Source: a bacterium
Lineage (GTDB): Bacteria; Electryoneota; Electryoneia; Electryoneales; Electryoneaceae
Assembly: GCA_963669175.1 (NCBI GenBank)
Contig: OY769902.1
Location: 3,168,001-3,232,000 of the forward strand
Length of the DNA stretch: 64,000 bases
Direction: 5' to 3'
In this document: positions 1 to 9,061 of the stretch, in pieces
Layout: each line of letters opens with the position of its first letter
How positions within the stretch are numbered: position 1 is the first letter of the stretch
Position numbers and translations under genes: made by a program
The notes under the pieces: generated by a model
What the model saw: only the letters and a program-made list of their open reading frames with translations
Database searches by the model: none
Told to the model about the DNA's origin: nothing

Positions 1-77
1 CCGTCAGCCTGATCATTGTGGGAGGGATTCTGGTTGTTTCCGCACTCGTGGCGGCAAAGCTGTTCAGGTGGGAATAA
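1..77 (+). CDS. 3' end of probable ABC-2 type transporter permease (partial)
   Basis: Frame from base 3 reads VSLIIVGGILVVSALVAAKLFRWE*: a hydrophobic helix plus the KLFRWE-type ending typical of ABC-2 permeases. Confidence 0.6.
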   Translation, partial: VSLIIVGGILVVSALVAAKLFRWE

Positions 78-93
78 GTGTTTTTCGAGTGGA

Positions 94-126
94 CTAGTGG
101 ACCATAGCAGGTGCAATGGTCCACTA
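94..126. repeat. Short palindrome with CTAGTGGACC-family ends between convergent genes; may act as terminator
   Basis: TAGTGGACCAT (95-105) / ATGGTCCACTA (116-126); same ends as the element at 13660-13929. Confidence 0.65.
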
Positions 127-813
127 TGGCAGTTTTTCCGGGAAACCGCTCAATACGTACATGACCAGGTTTGTTCCCATTTTCAGGGCTGCGGTATGTT
201 TCTCCGGGGGATCATTATGGACATCAGGATCTTCCCAGCCATCCCCCAGGTCACATTCATAAGAATAAAACAGCACAACCCTGCCATTGACTACAATCCC
301 GAATCCCTGGGCCGGTTTCCCGTCATGTTCGTGTATCTTGGGTAAACCATTGGGAAAGTCGTAGGCGATATGATAGATCGGATGCGTAAAGGGGAGTTCA
401 ACGAGACTGTATTCAGGGAAGACCTTTTTCAGCTCACGCCGCAACGATTCATTCAACCCGTAATTATCATCAATATGCAGAAAACCTCCGCCCAGCAAGT
501 ACTCGCGAAGTCGGGATGCCTCTTCCGGTGATAAAACCAGGTTGCCATGTCCAGTAAGATAAAGGTAGGGGTGGGCAAACAGGTCTTCATCGGTCAGACT
601 GACCACATCTTCGCTGTTCGCAGTTTCCAGCCCGGTATTTTCACGCAGGAACTTCTGCAGGTTCACAAGGGAAGAGGGATCGCCATACCAGTCACCCCCG
701 CCGGAATACTTCACACGAGCAATGGCAAAAGGTTCAGCCTGCACGAAGGCCGAACCTGAAAAAAGCATTACAAGGGATAACAGCAATACCTGCCTGCGAA
801 ATGATGCTACCAT
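124..813 (-). CDS. DUF4159 domain-containing exported protein
   Basis: Signal-peptide-like start, then ARVKYSGGGDWY, YLTGHG, GGFLHIDDNYG, DLGDGWED motifs; start taken at ATG 813. Confidence 0.85.
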   Translation of the reverse strand: MVASFRRQVLLLSLVMLFSGSAFVQAEPFAIARVKYSGGGDWYGDPSSLVNLQKFLRENTGLETANSEDVVSLTDEDLFAHPYLYLTGHGNLVLSPEEASRLREYLLGGGFLHIDDNYGLNESLRRELKKVFPEYSLVELPFTHPIYHIAYDFPNGLPKIHEHDGKPAQGFGIVVNGRVVLFYSYECDLGDGWEDPDVHNDPPEKHTAALKMGTNLVMYVLSGFPEKLP

Positions 814-818
814 TGCAC

Positions 819-1490
819 TCAGTATCCAGTTGTATCCGGAACAGAATATTCTACCAGTATCGTCTCGAAACTTCCCATCTTGTGGAACAACTGACCGACA
901 CCTTTGGCGTAGGCTGTCCACGTAGTGTCCTGCTCGGTAACAACACCGTCCAGTTTGGTAACCTGGATTTCACGTATGACAATTGTTTCTGACCATGTTC
1001 CAGCCATGACGGTTATTGTACTGTCAACAGCGACAATGGTTGCATCGGAATAGTATACCGAGCGCGCTCCTTCGCTGCTCTGTGTACGCCAGGTTCGCCC
1101 TGAATCCGGTGGAACGATAAAATAGGATTTAACTGAATTACTGCCATCAGCAGGTGTGACAATCAGTTCGTCAAAGTCCCAGTAAATCAACCATGCCTGA
1201 TCATCACCGTCGCCGGAAATCAGGACATCAGCGCTGTCAGCCCAGGAGCCCTGATGCGTATTAACGACTACATAACGGTAATCGATACTCTCTGAATTTC
1301 TATACCGCCAGTATGATCCTTCGATTAAAGGAAAATAATCACGGTACTCAGCGAAAGGATCCTCGTTTCTATCTGATACCGTAGAATCCTCATTACATCC
1401 TGTACAGGCAATCATCATTGCCAGAACAGAACAGAGCAGGAGGATTAAAGCTCCGAATCTAGAATGGGTGCGGTTCGAGTCCAAGTTCAT
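819..1490 (-). CDS. Hypothetical lipoprotein
   Basis: Hydrophobic N-terminus with Cys (IACTGC); YFPLxxGSYWRY and YAKGVG motifs seen in DUF3108-like beta-rich lipoproteins; start uncertain. Confidence 0.65.
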   Translation of the reverse strand: MNLDSNRTHSRFGALILLLCSVLAMMIACTGCNEDSTVSDRNEDPFAEYRDYFPLIEGSYWRYRNSESIDYRYVVVNTHQGSWADSADVLISGDGDDQAWLIYWDFDELIVTPADGSNSVKSYFIVPPDSGRTWRTQSSEGARSVYYSDATIVAVDSTITVMAGTWSETIVIREIQVTKLDGVVTEQDTTWTAYAKGVGQLFHKMGSFETILVEYSVPDTTGY

Positions 1491-2535
1491 GTAGCACCTT
1501 CCCCAAGAGAGTCTTCCGCTCCTGGTAAGGCAGGAATGCGGATTTAAATCCCATAATAATGATGTCTTCAAGCGCTTCCCTGGAAAACCCAAGTTTCGTA
1601 TGAGCCAGAAAAAGCTCATCGCTGACGGTTGTCGCACTCATCAAACGGTTATCCGTATTGATGGTAACGCGTAAACCGAAATCATAATAGAAGCGAATAG
1701 GATGCTCATCCAATGACGGCACTGTGCCGACATGGACATTGGATGAAATACAACACTCGAGGGGGATGCGGTTGTCGTTTACATAATTTAATAAATCTCC
1801 GTCCTCTTTCAAACGGGTGCCATGCCCGATTCGATGAGCGCTTAGATCGTGCAACGCCTGCTTGATTGAGCCCGGTCCCCACGCTTCACCGGCATGTACC
1901 GTGGAGTGAATGTTATTGTTCCTGATCAGATAAAATGCCTGGGCATGATCTTTGGCCGGATACTGGTCTTCCTTACCGGCAAGGTCAAATGCGAAGACAC
2001 CACGATTTTTATAGGCAACGGTCAGTTCTGCCAGCCGGATGGATACCTTCGGCTCAATGGATCGTATCCCGCAAACAATGACCCCAGTCTTTATTCCGGT
2101 CGCCGCTTCACCACGCTTCAAGCCACGCAGCACCGCATCCATGACTTGTGTAAGCTTGAGCCCTTTCTCCTGGTGAAGGATGGGGGAGAAGCGGACTTCC
2201 AGATACCAGACGCCATCAGCCCAGGCATCTTCACACAATTCGAAAGCAATACGCTCTATCGATTCTTCATCCTGCATGACAGAAAGTGTAATATCAAACG
2301 CACGGAGATAATCGGCGAGGCTTTTTACATTCGCGCCTGCTTCGACAATCTTGCGCAGGTCGGCTTCATTGTCGGCTGGCAGTTTCATGCCTCTCTCTTT
2401 GGTCAACTCGAGCATGGTTGAGACACGCAGGGAGCCGTCAAGGTGACAATGCAAGTCCGTCTTTGGCATTGCCCGGATATCTTCAATCGTGAGTTCTTTC
2501 TGGTTTGCTTTCCTGGGAGTTTTCTTTTCAGACAC
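1459..2535 (-). CDS. add: Adenosine deaminase
   Basis: LHCHLDGS, HAGE, RIGHG, INTDN metal-binding motifs. Confidence 0.93.
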   Translation of the reverse strand: MSEKKTPRKANQKELTIEDIRAMPKTDLHCHLDGSLRVSTMLELTKERGMKLPADNEADLRKIVEAGANVKSLADYLRAFDITLSVMQDEESIERIAFELCEDAWADGVWYLEVRFSPILHQEKGLKLTQVMDAVLRGLKRGEAATGIKTGVIVCGIRSIEPKVSIRLAELTVAYKNRGVFAFDLAGKEDQYPAKDHAQAFYLIRNNNIHSTVHAGEAWGPGSIKQALHDLSAHRIGHGTRLKEDGDLLNYVNDNRIPLECCISSNVHVGTVPSLDEHPIRFYYDFGLRVTINTDNRLMSATTVSDELFLAHTKLGFSREALEDIIIMGFKSAFLPYQERKTLLGKVLHELGLEPHPF

Positions 2536-2745
2536 GGTAGGATTCCTCTCTTAAATGACTGATCCTTTTAGAGTTGTTGAAAACGGTGTAACAATAAGTT
2601 CGATGCTTTGAGCTATTGAGGTATCTTCAATATTACGTATAATCGTAACAACCCGTAAAATGACACTTGTTCAACTTACCGGTAAAGAATACGCCGTTCA
2701 TCAAACTTCCCATAGTTTACGCAAAGCTTTGGTATTCAGCAAGGG

Positions 2746-2777
2746 AAAAAAACAGACCATCGCTGCCACGATGGTCT
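2746..2777 (-). terminator. Intrinsic terminator after the STAS/75-aa gene pair
   Basis: AGACCATCG/CGATGGTCT stem with A7 run at 2746-2752 (U-tract on minus strand). Confidence 0.7.
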
Positions 2778-2837
2778 ATCAGCAAGGGGTTCTGCCGTCC
2801 GTACGGACATCCAGTCGTTCAGGCCTGGATACTACAA

Positions 2838-3065
2838 TCAAACAAGGATCTGGTAGTCCTTTTGTGTATCGAACATCGCCAGCATATTGTTTCGGTCATA
2901 GGTGACCAGTTTTCTTTGATGGGCCGGGATTTGGGTTGTGCCGATCGCGTCCGGTACTTTCGGTTCACCTGCTACATTTCGCGTGCGAACACGCAAATTG
3001 TAGTTTATCTGGGGATTGCCGACCTGCCAGGCCCCCCGGAACAGATGTACCGAATAGTCCGCCAT
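2838..3065 (-). CDS. Small hypothetical protein (75 aa)
   Basis: ATG directly after the STAS gene stop; followed by a terminator. Confidence 0.55.
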   Translation of the reverse strand: MADYSVHLFRGAWQVGNPQINYNLRVRTRNVAGEPKVPDAIGTTQIPAHQRKLVTYDRNNMLAMFDTQKDYQILV

Positions 3066-3066
3066 G

Positions 3067-3492
3067 TTACCCGATTATCCTCGTGAGTTTTTCCTGTTCA
3101 GCACGTTTTCCGTTTTCAGTCAGAGCGCCTTCCGCCATGATGGCGCTGTTAAGCCCCGTAGTTCGGACGACAAGGGGATTGTTGAGCCAGAGGAATCGTG
3201 ACTCCAGGCCAAACCAGCCCATGGCAACGCGCAGGAACCAGGGCGCTCCGGCCAGGACCAGCTCGCCATCAACTCGTTGCAGGTGAATCCAGGTATTCAG
3301 CAATCCGGCGAAAAGAGTGGAGTGGAGGAAGTGCATACCACGAAGGTTCAGGACAATACGACGGCAGCCCTGCTCGATCTCCCGTAACATGATCTCCTCA
3401 AGTCCGCCCTGGAGATCACTGTCAACGGCGGATCCTACCTGTATATATGTGGTGTAGCGTTCCCGCTTGAGCGGGTAGGTTTTAATCTTCAT
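3067..3492 (-). CDS. STAS domain protein (anti-sigma factor antagonist-like)
   Basis: RIVLNLRGMHFLHST...GELVLAG pattern of SpoIIAA/RsbV fold; GGAGAG RBS upstream. Confidence 0.75.
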   Translation of the reverse strand: MKIKTYPLKRERYTTYIQVGSAVDSDLQGGLEEIMLREIEQGCRRIVLNLRGMHFLHSTLFAGLLNTWIHLQRVDGELVLAGAPWFLRVAMGWFGLESRFLWLNNPLVVRTTGLNSAIMAEGALTENGKRAEQEKLTRIIG

Positions 3493-3507
3493 GGACTCTC
3501 CAGCCTC

Positions 3508-3534
3508 TCAAGTTCCTCAATAAAGTGCCGATAT
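3508..3534 (+). promoter_or_regulatory. Sigma28 (FliA)-like promoter
   Basis: TCAA-N15-GCCGATAT versus consensus TAAA-N15-GCCGATAA. Confidence 0.55.
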
Positions 3535-3567
3535 AAGATATGCAGAAGTGTCTCTTTGATAAATGAA

Positions 3568-3583
3568 AGCAATCGTTGTGCCA
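3568..3583 (-). promoter_or_regulatory. Sigma54 (-24/-12) promoter for STAS gene
   Basis: Minus strand reads TGGCAC-AACGA-TTGCT with canonical spacing. Confidence 0.75.
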
Positions 3584-3831
3584 TCTGGTTTTTGTTGTGC
3601 AATTTAGCTATGTCGTGTTCATATGTACTTGTTATTATAAAGTTTGAGTCGAGCGGCTCGCATTGCTGGAATGAGTTGCTTTGCCTCGCTAGTGCAACGA
3701 AAAGGTCTCGCCTCTTTTTTACTCCCGTTAAATCCGCGTGGTTGTTGATGTTCCCGGAATTGGCCCGGTTGAACTTGATCTTGTTGGGTAGGGATCTCTG
3801 CTTTTGTGCCTCAAATTGCTGAAGTGGGAAG

Positions 3832-3858
3832 TCAAGGTTTGTGGTGAAATGCCGATAG
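3832..3858 (+). promoter_or_regulatory. Sigma28 (FliA)-like promoter for 96-aa ORF
   Basis: TCAA-N15-GCCGATAG, 33 bp upstream of ATG 3892. Confidence 0.7.
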
Positions 3859-3891
3859 AGAGGGGGTACCAGAAGAAAAAAGTGGAGCGGT

Positions 3892-4182
3892 ATGGTCGCT
3901 CGGGTCTCATCGGAAGTGCCGCAAATACAAACCGTTAAACCAGTTCGGCCTGTTGAATCACAAGACAGGGTATCTGGTGACGGTACGTTTACGTCTCAAC
4001 CGGACACGGTTGAAACGGCAACCTATCCTAACCGACCGGCTACCTCCTGGAACAATGCTTCAGGTCACGCCATGTACCAGAAGGTACAGGCGCTTTTCGA
4101 TGGTGAGTTCTCCAGCCAGAACACCTCACCAGATGTCATGCAGGATCAGGATATCGGCAGACATATTGACAATTATGCCTGA
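3892..4182 (+). CDS. Small hypothetical protein with YjfB-like C-terminal motif
   Basis: GGAG RBS; ends DIGRHIDNYA, resembling the GxxIDxxA tail of small motility-associated proteins. Confidence 0.65.
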   Translation: MVARVSSEVPQIQTVKPVRPVESQDRVSGDGTFTSQPDTVETATYPNRPATSWNNASGHAMYQKVQALFDGEFSSQNTSPDVMQDQDIGRHIDNYA

Positions 4183-4228
4183 TTGTCCTCAACGCTTGGA
4201 TTGGTTGTTTACTCCACAGTGTTTTTCA

Positions 4229-5563
4229 TCATTCCCAGTTTCGTATTCCATCCTTTGTCGTGATAGCCTTGATCAGTGGTGAAAAAGCGGGTGGTTCTTC
4301 GCTGTATTGGATCGTGTTTTTGAGGCGTGGCAGAGTGGCTTCGCAACGCTGTTTCTCTGCGGCAAAGAGGGAAGCGACCGGTTGTCCTTTCTCCACCTTG
4401 TCGCCAGGTTTGGCATAAAACAGGATTCCGGCGGCCGGGTCAATATCATCTCCGGTCTTTTGTCGTCCAGCCCCTAGTTCGACACCACAGTAGCCAACTT
4501 CACGAGCGTGGATGCCGCTGATGTAACCATCCATGTCAGCAGCAATCACGACGGATTGCGCATCCGGGTGTGGTGCAGGGATCCGTTCAAACGCATCCGG
4601 ATCAGCGCCCTGGGCGAATGCAACTTCCTTGAACTTCTTCAATCCCTCGCCATTGGCCAGCACTGTCTCCAGTTTATTGATTCCGCTATTAATATCCGGT
4701 GAAAGTCCGGTTAGCTGCATCAAGGTGCCGCCCAGCGCCATGGTTAAATCGTGCAGGTCATCAGATAGTTTTTCGTTCTTGAGATAGGCGATACTCTCCG
4801 CTGCTTCCAATCCGTTACCAACCGTATAGCCAATCGGGGCATTCATATCCGTAATCAGCGCCGCAGCGTTCAGACCGAATGTGTTGGCGGTCTTCACCAG
4901 CCATTTTGACAGTTCACGAGCTTCATCTTCCGTAGCCATGAAAGCGCCATGACCGCATTTTACATCGAACACAATCGCTTCAATCCCTTCAGCGATTTTC
5001 TTTGACAGGATGGAGGATGTAATAAGAGGGAGTGAACGAATCGTGCCGGTAACTCCACGCAAGGCATACATCTTTCTGTCGGCAGGCACCAGGTCATCCG
5101 TTTGAGCGCCGAATGCAAGACCGTATTGACGAACCAGGTCAATCAGTTCTTCGATGCCCAGGTCGGTTCTGAAGCCGGGAATGGATTCGAGTTTATCCAG
5201 AGTCCCGCCAGTGAAGCCCAGACCACGGCCGGTTACCGTAGGAACCGCCATCCCGGCTGCAGCAAGCAGCGGGGCAAGCATCAGCGTGATCTTGTCGCCA
5301 ACTCCGCCGGTACTGTGTTTGTCGCCAATAGGCATACCGAGATTCGGAAAGTGAATTCGCTTCCCTGTATTGATCATGGCGTCAGTCAGGTTGGCCGTTT
5401 CCTGGGTGGTCATGCCTTTAAACCAGACAGCCATCATCCACGCTGAAAGCTGCGCTTCCATGATGTCGCCATGGGTTGCGCCCTGGATGAAGCTCGCCAG
5501 CTCTTCCGCGGGGTGTTCTTCGCCTTGTTGCTTCTGCAGGATGAATTCGTACGGAATTCGCAT
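4229..5563 (-). CDS. pdp: Pyrimidine-nucleoside/thymidine phosphorylase
   Basis: DKHSTGGVGDK, GRGLGFTGGTLDKLE, SILSKK, DVKCGHGAFM; GGGAG RBS before ATG 5563. Confidence 0.95.
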   Translation of the reverse strand: MRIPYEFILQKQQGEEHPAEELASFIQGATHGDIMEAQLSAWMMAVWFKGMTTQETANLTDAMINTGKRIHFPNLGMPIGDKHSTGGVGDKITLMLAPLLAAAGMAVPTVTGRGLGFTGGTLDKLESIPGFRTDLGIEELIDLVRQYGLAFGAQTDDLVPADRKMYALRGVTGTIRSLPLITSSILSKKIAEGIEAIVFDVKCGHGAFMATEDEARELSKWLVKTANTFGLNAAALITDMNAPIGYTVGNGLEAAESIAYLKNEKLSDDLHDLTMALGGTLMQLTGLSPDINSGINKLETVLANGEGLKKFKEVAFAQGADPDAFERIPAPHPDAQSVVIAADMDGYISGIHAREVGYCGVELGAGRQKTGDDIDPAAGILFYAKPGDKVEKGQPVASLFAAEKQRCEATLPRLKNTIQYSEEPPAFSPLIKAITTKDGIRNWE

Positions 5564-5647
5564 CTGGTACTCCCGGTTCATGATGTTGTTCTGGGAAAAA
5601 TATACGGATGAAATGAAAAGGATACTCCAGGGGAGAGCGAAGGAATA

Positions 5648-6184
5648 TCAGGCAGCGGTTTCGCTTTCTTTGATGTTCGCGGTCATTTCATTGATACGGA
5701 ACTGCAACGCGGAGCGTTTCTCTTTTGGGAGTTCCAGCCAACGGCCGCGCATGGTAGCTGTTTCCTGATCCTTGTTACGAGTTACCCAGAGGACAAAGAA
5801 ACGCTCGTTACGCAGTATGCCGAACTCACGAGATTCCGGTTTGGTGAGAGTATAATTGGATGCGGCTGCGATTCCTGCGACAGGAGTCAGTAAGCGAACC
5901 CCACCGATTGATACGTCCAGTATTTTGGCTTCATAGGACTTCGAAGTATCGGGTTGTTGAAGTAAGACAGGGATATCGACATCAACACGGGTGAACCTGC
6001 GGCGGTTCTTTTTACGGAACATGCTGCTTGTGGTTGCGGTAATGATTTGATTTTTCTGATATTGATAGCCGAAATACATCAAGACAATGAAGATCAGACA
6101 GATTACGATGATGCCAATAATATTGAGCACCGCCGATTGCCCAGTCAGCCCTTCGCTGATCGCTCGTAATCTTTCTTCAGCCAT
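5648..6184 (-). CDS. Membrane-anchored PilZ domain protein (c-di-GMP receptor)
   Basis: N-terminal TM helix; RRFTR (RxxxR) and DVSIGG (D/NxSxxG) motifs. Confidence 0.85.
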   Translation of the reverse strand: MAEERLRAISEGLTGQSAVLNIIGIIVICLIFIVLMYFGYQYQKNQIITATTSSMFRKKNRRRFTRVDVDIPVLLQQPDTSKSYEAKILDVSIGGVRLLTPVAGIAAASNYTLTKPESREFGILRNERFFVLWVTRNKDQETATMRGRWLELPKEKRSALQFRINEMTANIKESETAA

Positions 6185-6214
6185 CGTCTCCCCGGAAAAA
6201 CAGTTGTACTACTG

Positions 6215-6241
6215 TTATCGCATTATTTATGACCAGCTTAA
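6215..6241 (-). promoter_or_regulatory. Sigma28-like promoter for PilZ gene
   Basis: Minus strand TTAA-N15-TGCGATAA, 30 bp upstream of ATG. Confidence 0.5.
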
Positions 6242-6254
6242 TGTAAGCATGCTT

Positions 6255-7328
6255 TCAGGATTCCGGTAGCACTCGGAAGGGATTAAAATAAATCCACCCT
6301 TTGCCTTTACGGTGGGCTTCTGCACGCCATATACCGGGTTTGTACTGAACTTTGGTTACCAATCGTTTGCCAGTAGTTTCAGCTTCCACAACCCCATCCC
6401 TGATGAGTCTCAGGTTGGCTTCTACTGGCGTACGTATGATAAAATCAATCGGATCTTCAGGTGACAAAGTGCAAATGGGCCAGTGTTTATTCCCACGGAT
6501 TCGCGCGTAAAAACGGGCTCCATCCGCTTTCCCCAAACGATGGTTAGCGCCGAAATGCCTGCCTTTATGTAAAGCAGCGAACACCTGTTCACGTGCAACT
6601 GCCGGATTTGTATTCAGAGGGGCAGGAAGGAGCAGATGGGTTCGCAGGCTGCGGAACTGCACCTTGTAATGAAACACTTTTACATGAATAAGCCCCTTCA
6701 GCAGGGGATATTTGATCGAGTGAGCGTCCACACCCACATATCCGACCACAGGACGAAGCTGGTTCAGACGATCCCAGACCGCCAGAGTTTGTGGATCAGG
6801 ACGTGTCAGGCTTTTTAAAGGATGCAGGAATCGCTGGAGACGGTTTTCGCGTGTGAGGCCTTCTGTCCACTGTGAGAGCTGGTTCCAGATTTCAACGCCA
6901 TCAATTGGCGCATCCCACGCAGTCCAGGGATAGGGGGGCATATCTTTGAATACATCACGTTTCTCATGAGGATGGGCTATGGCGCCAAAACCACCCATGC
7001 GCTGTACTTCTGAAACATAGGTTACCGGATCATCCTGGGGCGGGACTTTTTCGATTCCATACGCCAGGTAATGATTCGGGCCGTTTTCATCACCCAGTTC
7101 GCTCCCAACCAGAACCAGCACCGGACCGTAATACCCTTCTTCGCCACGATCCAGTGCTTTCAGGTGTTCATGGTCAGTGATAATCAACCAGTCCAGACCG
7201 TGCTCAGAGGCATAGCTGGCAATCTCCGGGACGCGCCCGGTGCCATCTGAATAGTTGGTGTGGATATGCAAAACACCAACGTATTCATGCAACTTGTGCA
7301 GCCTCTTTTCTGAACTGGTTTTCTCCAT
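6255..7328 (-). CDS. PHP-family metallohydrolase (CehA/McbA-like)
   Basis: LHIHTNYSDG, ITDH, AHP, DAH motifs. Confidence 0.85.
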   Translation of the reverse strand: MEKTSSEKRLHKLHEYVGVLHIHTNYSDGTGRVPEIASYASEHGLDWLIITDHEHLKALDRGEEGYYGPVLVLVGSELGDENGPNHYLAYGIEKVPPQDDPVTYVSEVQRMGGFGAIAHPHEKRDVFKDMPPYPWTAWDAPIDGVEIWNQLSQWTEGLTRENRLQRFLHPLKSLTRPDPQTLAVWDRLNQLRPVVGYVGVDAHSIKYPLLKGLIHVKVFHYKVQFRSLRTHLLLPAPLNTNPAVAREQVFAALHKGRHFGANHRLGKADGARFYARIRGNKHWPICTLSPEDPIDFIIRTPVEANLRLIRDGVVEAETTGKRLVTKVQYKPGIWRAEAHRKGKGWIYFNPFRVLPES

Positions 7329-7882
7329 CAGAGCCCCAACTCCTTCGAGATACCGATCATGGCTGCGTTTGCGAGCATCATGAACTCTTCCAACTCCATG
7401 CCAAGCTCGCTACAAGCAGCCATTTGTTCACGGCTTGCACCTGCTGCAAAACGCTTTTCCTCAAATCGCCGTTTCATAAAGCCAAAATCAAGTAGCGCCA
7501 GTTTTTTCGCGGGGTGCATCAGAGCACAAGCCACGAGGAAACCAGTCACCGGGTCTGCACAATAGATCGCCTTGTCCATCAGGTTTTCACGTGGGGCATG
7601 ATCCGCATGGGCATGAATGGCATGCTTGACTTCTTCAGGGACACCTTCTTCTTTTTCCAGCCATTCCACGGTCAGATAGGTATGTTTATCCGGGGCATCC
7701 TTGGTCACTTCATAATCGAGATCGTGTAACAATCCGGCCAAGGCCCAGGTGTCACCATCTTCACCAAGATGCTCCGCCAGTCCACGCATGACAGCTTCCA
7801 CGGCATAAACATGCTTGCGGAGATTTTTGTTCGGGAGGTTCTGTTTGACCAGCTCAAGTGCGTGATCACGTGGCATTAACAT
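7328..7882 (-). CDS. HD/HDIG domain metal-dependent phosphohydrolase
   Basis: LRKH, GLLHDLD, FAAGASRE motifs. Confidence 0.88.
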   Translation of the reverse strand: MLMPRDHALELVKQNLPNKNLRKHVYAVEAVMRGLAEHLGEDGDTWALAGLLHDLDYEVTKDAPDKHTYLTVEWLEKEEGVPEEVKHAIHAHADHAPRENLMDKAIYCADPVTGFLVACALMHPAKKLALLDFGFMKRRFEEKRFAAGASREQMAACSELGMELEEFMMLANAAMIGISKELGL

Positions 7883-7906
7883 CCGTTTTTCCTTCCAGGG
7901 TTTCAG

Positions 7907-8491
7907 CTAAAAAGTAATCCTTATCCCGGCAGCCGGGCCATCGCCGGAGGGTGTGGCCCCCACTGTAGGATCAATCTCGAAGTCGTACAGATGGGCATCA
8001 ACGTAGGCATCGAAGGTTGCGAGCAGGGTCAGGCCGGCTGTCCACCAGAGCAGACGATTGCGGTCGTTCTTGTAGAAGTCCGCGAGCCGGATCTCCTGGC
8101 GACGCAGAGTCGCATATTTATCGCCGGACAGCTCTTTTATCCGGTCCTGATGATCCTGGTAGCGCTGATTTTGAACATAGATACCATACCACATGCCTAC
8201 ATCGACACCGAAGAAGATGACTGCTTTAAAATAAGATTCCGTGTAGAATTGTCCGCTTCCGGGGATAGCAAGTGACATCAATGCTGCAAGAGTCGGCTTC
8301 TTGCTGACAGAATAAAGAGGCTCGTCATTTGAGACTCTGGAGCTATCCTGCGGACTATTCGCATGGGCAGAGCCGTCCTTCGCGCTTTCGCGTTGCGTAT
8401 TCTGCGCATGGCTGCTGCCCATTGGGAACAGGACAACGATAATCAGAAAAACAAGAGAATAAAGAAGGTTTACGGCACCAGTGCGATACAT
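7907..8491 (-). CDS. DUF5683-like membrane protein
   Basis: [15 protein letters not shown] and DAYVDAHL motifs. Confidence 0.75.
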   Translation of the reverse strand: MYRTGAVNLLYSLVFLIIVVLFPMGSSHAQNTQRESAKDGSAHANSPQDSSRVSNDEPLYSVSKKPTLAALMSLAIPGSGQFYTESYFKAVIFFGVDVGMWYGIYVQNQRYQDHQDRIKELSGDKYATLRRQEIRLADFYKNDRNRLLWWTAGLTLLATFDAYVDAHLYDFEIDPTVGATPSGDGPAAGIRITF

Positions 8492-8853
8492 TCGACCTCG
8501 ACCAACGCATCTTTTGGAAGACGTGCAACTTCAACAGCGCTTCTCGCCGGAGCATCATTGGCGAAGAATTCTGCGTAAACTTCGTTCATCGCAGCAAAAT
8601 CGTTCATGTCTTTCAGGAATACTGTTGTTTTGATAACATGTTCCAGTCCACTTCCGGCGCCCATGAGAACAGCGCGCAGGTTGGTTAATGCCTGACGTGT
8701 CTGAACTTTGATATCTGTTCCGGCCATCTCACCTGTAATGGGATCCAACGGAATCTGGCCAGCGGTGTACATCAGTTTTCCTTCAAAAACAATCGCCTGG
8801 TTGTAAGGTCCAATGGCGCCGGGCGCCTCTTTTGTACTGATAACTTGACGCAT
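8470..8853 (-). CDS. ridA: RidA family enamine/imine deaminase
   Basis: [39 protein letters not shown]. Confidence 0.95.
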   Translation of the reverse strand: MRQVISTKEAPGAIGPYNQAIVFEGKLMYTAGQIPLDPITGEMAGTDIKVQTRQALTNLRAVLMGAGSGLEHVIKTTVFLKDMNDFAAMNEVYAEFFANDAPARSAVEVARLPKDALVEVECIALVP

Positions 8854-9061
8854 CTTGTGCTCCTGCCATGTTAGTTAAACGTAACAGTGAGTATAGCACA
8901 CTCCAGTGGTAGGCTCAAGCGAAAAAACAGCGGATTCTCTTTTCATCAAAACTTGGGCAGCCATTGGGATCAGGTCATGTGTTTGTCTATATTGTCGTGT
9001 AATCCCTTCCAAATAAGTTGTTTGGCTGTTCCATAGATCCGGCGCAACAGGGGAGCCCAGC

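Noticed and set aside
2838-2840. TGA readthrough (selenocysteine or alternative code) of the 75-aa ORF
   Set aside because: An in-frame TAG follows two codons later, and TGA is a normal stop in many genes here
3590-3830. Possible c-di-GMP riboswitch or sRNA in the motility islet gap
   Set aside because: I could not match the conserved riboswitch motifs by eye, and the hairpin before the T-run at ~3715 is weak; needs cmscan
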